Assembly (NCBI GenBank): GCA_965207735.1
Contig: OZ242296.1
Location: 1-64,000, forward strand
Reading direction: 5' to 3'
Length of the DNA stretch: 64,000 nucleotides
From: Candidatus Versatilivorator sp.
GTDB lineage: Bacteria; Acidobacteriota; Terriglobia; Versatilivoradales; Versatilivoraceae
Position 1 is the stretch's first letter. Each line of letters opens with the position of its first letter. The notes beneath the pieces were generated by a model. The model ran no database searches and was not told the origin of the DNA. It worked only from the letters and a program-made list of their open reading frames with translations. Of this stretch, positions 62,334-64,000 are shown piece by piece. The position numbers and the translations under genes are program-made.

Positions 62334-62671
62334 GAGCGTTTTGCAATATCGGCAGTGGGGCAGGTCATTTTGCCGGCAAACGTGATGTTCTGCCTTTTCC
62401 AATATCGAGTGCGACTTGGTGAAAAATGGGAGTCCACCACAAAAAGCACATGAGTCACAAAACGAATTTGTTGATCGCGAGTCTTGACGATCCGGAGTTG
62501 ATCCCCATGGCGTCGCGTTGACCGGATGTAGGCAGATAGCACGGAACTTGTGCGACATGTTCGGGAGTCAACGCCTTGCAGGCTTTCAGTGTTCTGCTCT
62601 TTTTTGTGTTTTTTGTGCCTTTTGTGGCCATTCCCGGCAAAGGTCCCGCTGCTGAATCTTGCAAAAGGCTC
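62334..62671. mobile_element. Putative 338-bp MITE
   Basis: Imperfect TIRs GAGC(G/C)TTTTGCAA; GAGA on both flanks; internal inverted CACAAAA-rich tracts. Confidence 0.6.
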
Positions 62672-62706
62672 GAGAGCAAAACAATCGGAAATCGACCATC
62701 CCGTTG

Positions 62707-62821
62707 CGACCTTGGTACCCCGTCGCGGTTAACCTCGGCGCCTTAGTGGCCCTTCGTCGTTCTTCGTGCCCCTTCGTGGATACGTTTTTTCTTTTGTCTT
62801 TTTTCGGTTGTTTCAGACAAG
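62707..62821 (-). repeat. Intergenic repeat, TGTCTGAAACAA family
   Basis: Reverse-complement match to 32113-32228. Confidence 0.85.
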
Positions 62822-62854
62822 ACAAGGGTGATCCGCAACCAACTGGATTCGGGG

Positions 62855-63295
62855 TTAGTTGACCCTCGAGTTGGGGGTCGGGGGATTCTGGCTGGAGGTG
62901 GGGGGCTTCAGAACGTTCAGCGGAAGCTCCTTCACCATGAAGCCGTCGAGGTAGACCTGCAGAATATGGATTCCGTATTCCGAGAAGCCCAGGTTGTTGA
63001 AGAGGGTCACGTTGTCGGCGAAGCTCCGTGGATCCAGGGAGAATCTGGATGGGCTGGTCTTCATGAGGGCCTTGCCGCGGCCGGGGGACAGCATTTGAAT
63101 CTGGGTCTCGTGCCTCCCCTGGCCCACCCAGTGATTCAGCAGGGCGAAGCGGAGCACCGTGGAAGGTAGCGAAGGCAGGTAGATGTCCTGAAAGATCCCC
63201 ATGATGCTGAGCTTGTTTCCAGCTTCCAGGCGGACGTCGTCGCAGAGGAGCGAATAGGAAAGGTGTACGTGACCGGTTGATGTCGGGGTATTCAT
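62855..63295 (-). CDS. Hypothetical beta-rich protein (DUF6941-like)
   Basis: LLCDDVRLEAGNKLSIMGIF motif; 146 aa. Confidence 0.75.
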   Translation of the reverse strand: MNTPTSTGHVHLSYSLLCDDVRLEAGNKLSIMGIFQDIYLPSLPSTVLRFALLNHWVGQGRHETQIQMLSPGRGKALMKTSPSRFSLDPRSFADNVTLFNNLGFSEYGIHILQVYLDGFMVKELPLNVLKPPTSSQNPPTPNSRVN

Positions 63296-63393
63296 GGCGG
63301 GAGAGTCGCTGTCCTGGATCAGGAAAGAGTCAAGGTCAATGGTCGAGATCGGTGAATGGGGGAAATGGCCCCAAGGCCGGCTACTCCCGCAGC

Positions 63394-63999
63394 TCAATTC
63401 CCGGCGAGCGCGGCCAGGAGCCTGGAGTGAATTCCGTCGAAGCCGCCGTTCGACATGATCACCACCTTGTCGCCCGTTTGAAGGCGGGGCGTGATCTGTT
63501 GGACGATCTCGCCGGCCGTGGGGAGGCAGTGAGCGTCCCGGCCCTGCTTCCTCAGGTCTCCCACCAACCGATCCAGGTCGAGCCGAAGTTCGGGGGCCAG
63601 CTTCTCGGGAGCGAAGATCGAGCACAATATTACGTGGTCGGCATCGGCGAAACAATGGGAAAATTCCTTCTGAAATACTCGGCGTCGGGCCGTAGCGGAT
63701 CGGGGTTCGAAAATGGCCCAAAGCCGGTTTTTGGGGAATTGGTTCCGGACGGCCGCCAGGGTGGCGGCTATGGCCGTGGGATGGTGGGCGAAATCGTCGA
63801 AAACGGTGATTCCTGCTGCTTTACCGCGGATCTCCAGACGCCGCTTCACGCTTTTGAAGGAAGCCAATCCCCGGGAAATGCATTCCCGGGACAGTCCCAG
63901 TCTCTGGGCGCAGGTCAGAGCCGCCAGCGCATTCCTGACGTTGAAACTTCCGGCGAGTGGAATCTCGAACCGACCCCAATCCTTGCCGTCCTGCAACGC
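63394..63999 (-). CDS. mpl: Murein peptide ligase Mpl/MurC-family, C-terminal part (runs off window)
   Basis: DDFAHHPTAI, FEPRSAT, MSNGGFDGIH. Confidence 0.85.
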   Translation of the reverse strand, partial: ALQDGKDWGRFEIPLAGSFNVRNALAALTCAQRLGLSRECISRGLASFKSVKRRLEIRGKAAGITVFDDFAHHPTAIAATLAAVRNQFPKNRLWAIFEPRSATARRRVFQKEFSHCFADADHVILCSIFAPEKLAPELRLDLDRLVGDLRKQGRDAHCLPTAGEIVQQITPRLQTGDKVVIMSNGGFDGIHSRLLAALAGN

Positions 64000-64000
64000 C

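Overview
GC-rich bacterial chromosomal window. Gene content (DUF1592/DUF1552 pair, DUF3500, Tat-exported Gfo/Idh/MocA, short PheT) suggests Acidobacteriota or a similar lineage, but this is inference only. It begins with partial katG and a ~6 kb accessory patch rich in type II toxin-antitoxin modules. Next come carbonic anhydrase, an ECF sigma/anti-sigma/RDD operon, a P450, a DUF1592-DUF1552 pair and UDP-sugar genes. Core genes follow: thrS-infC-rpmI-rplT-pheST-zapA-6S RNA, ffh, tRNA-Phe, leuCD-like, accA, dnaE, guaA, tlyA, xseBA, ndk, sucDC, mpl. The most striking signal is a three-level nested mobile system. (1) An intact IS1380-family element at 60314-62011 has 19-bp TIRs and a CTAG duplication. 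(2) Non-autonomous MITEs sharing those ends sit inside essential operons at 28136, 52041 and 54570. (3) An 869-nt ORF-less group II intron (54800-55668, minus strand) is inserted precisely inside a MITE terminal inverted repeat, and its putative EBS1/EBS2 are complementary to that IS1380 TIR. A second, modular family of intergenic repeats is also present, including remnants resembling GxxExxY genes.
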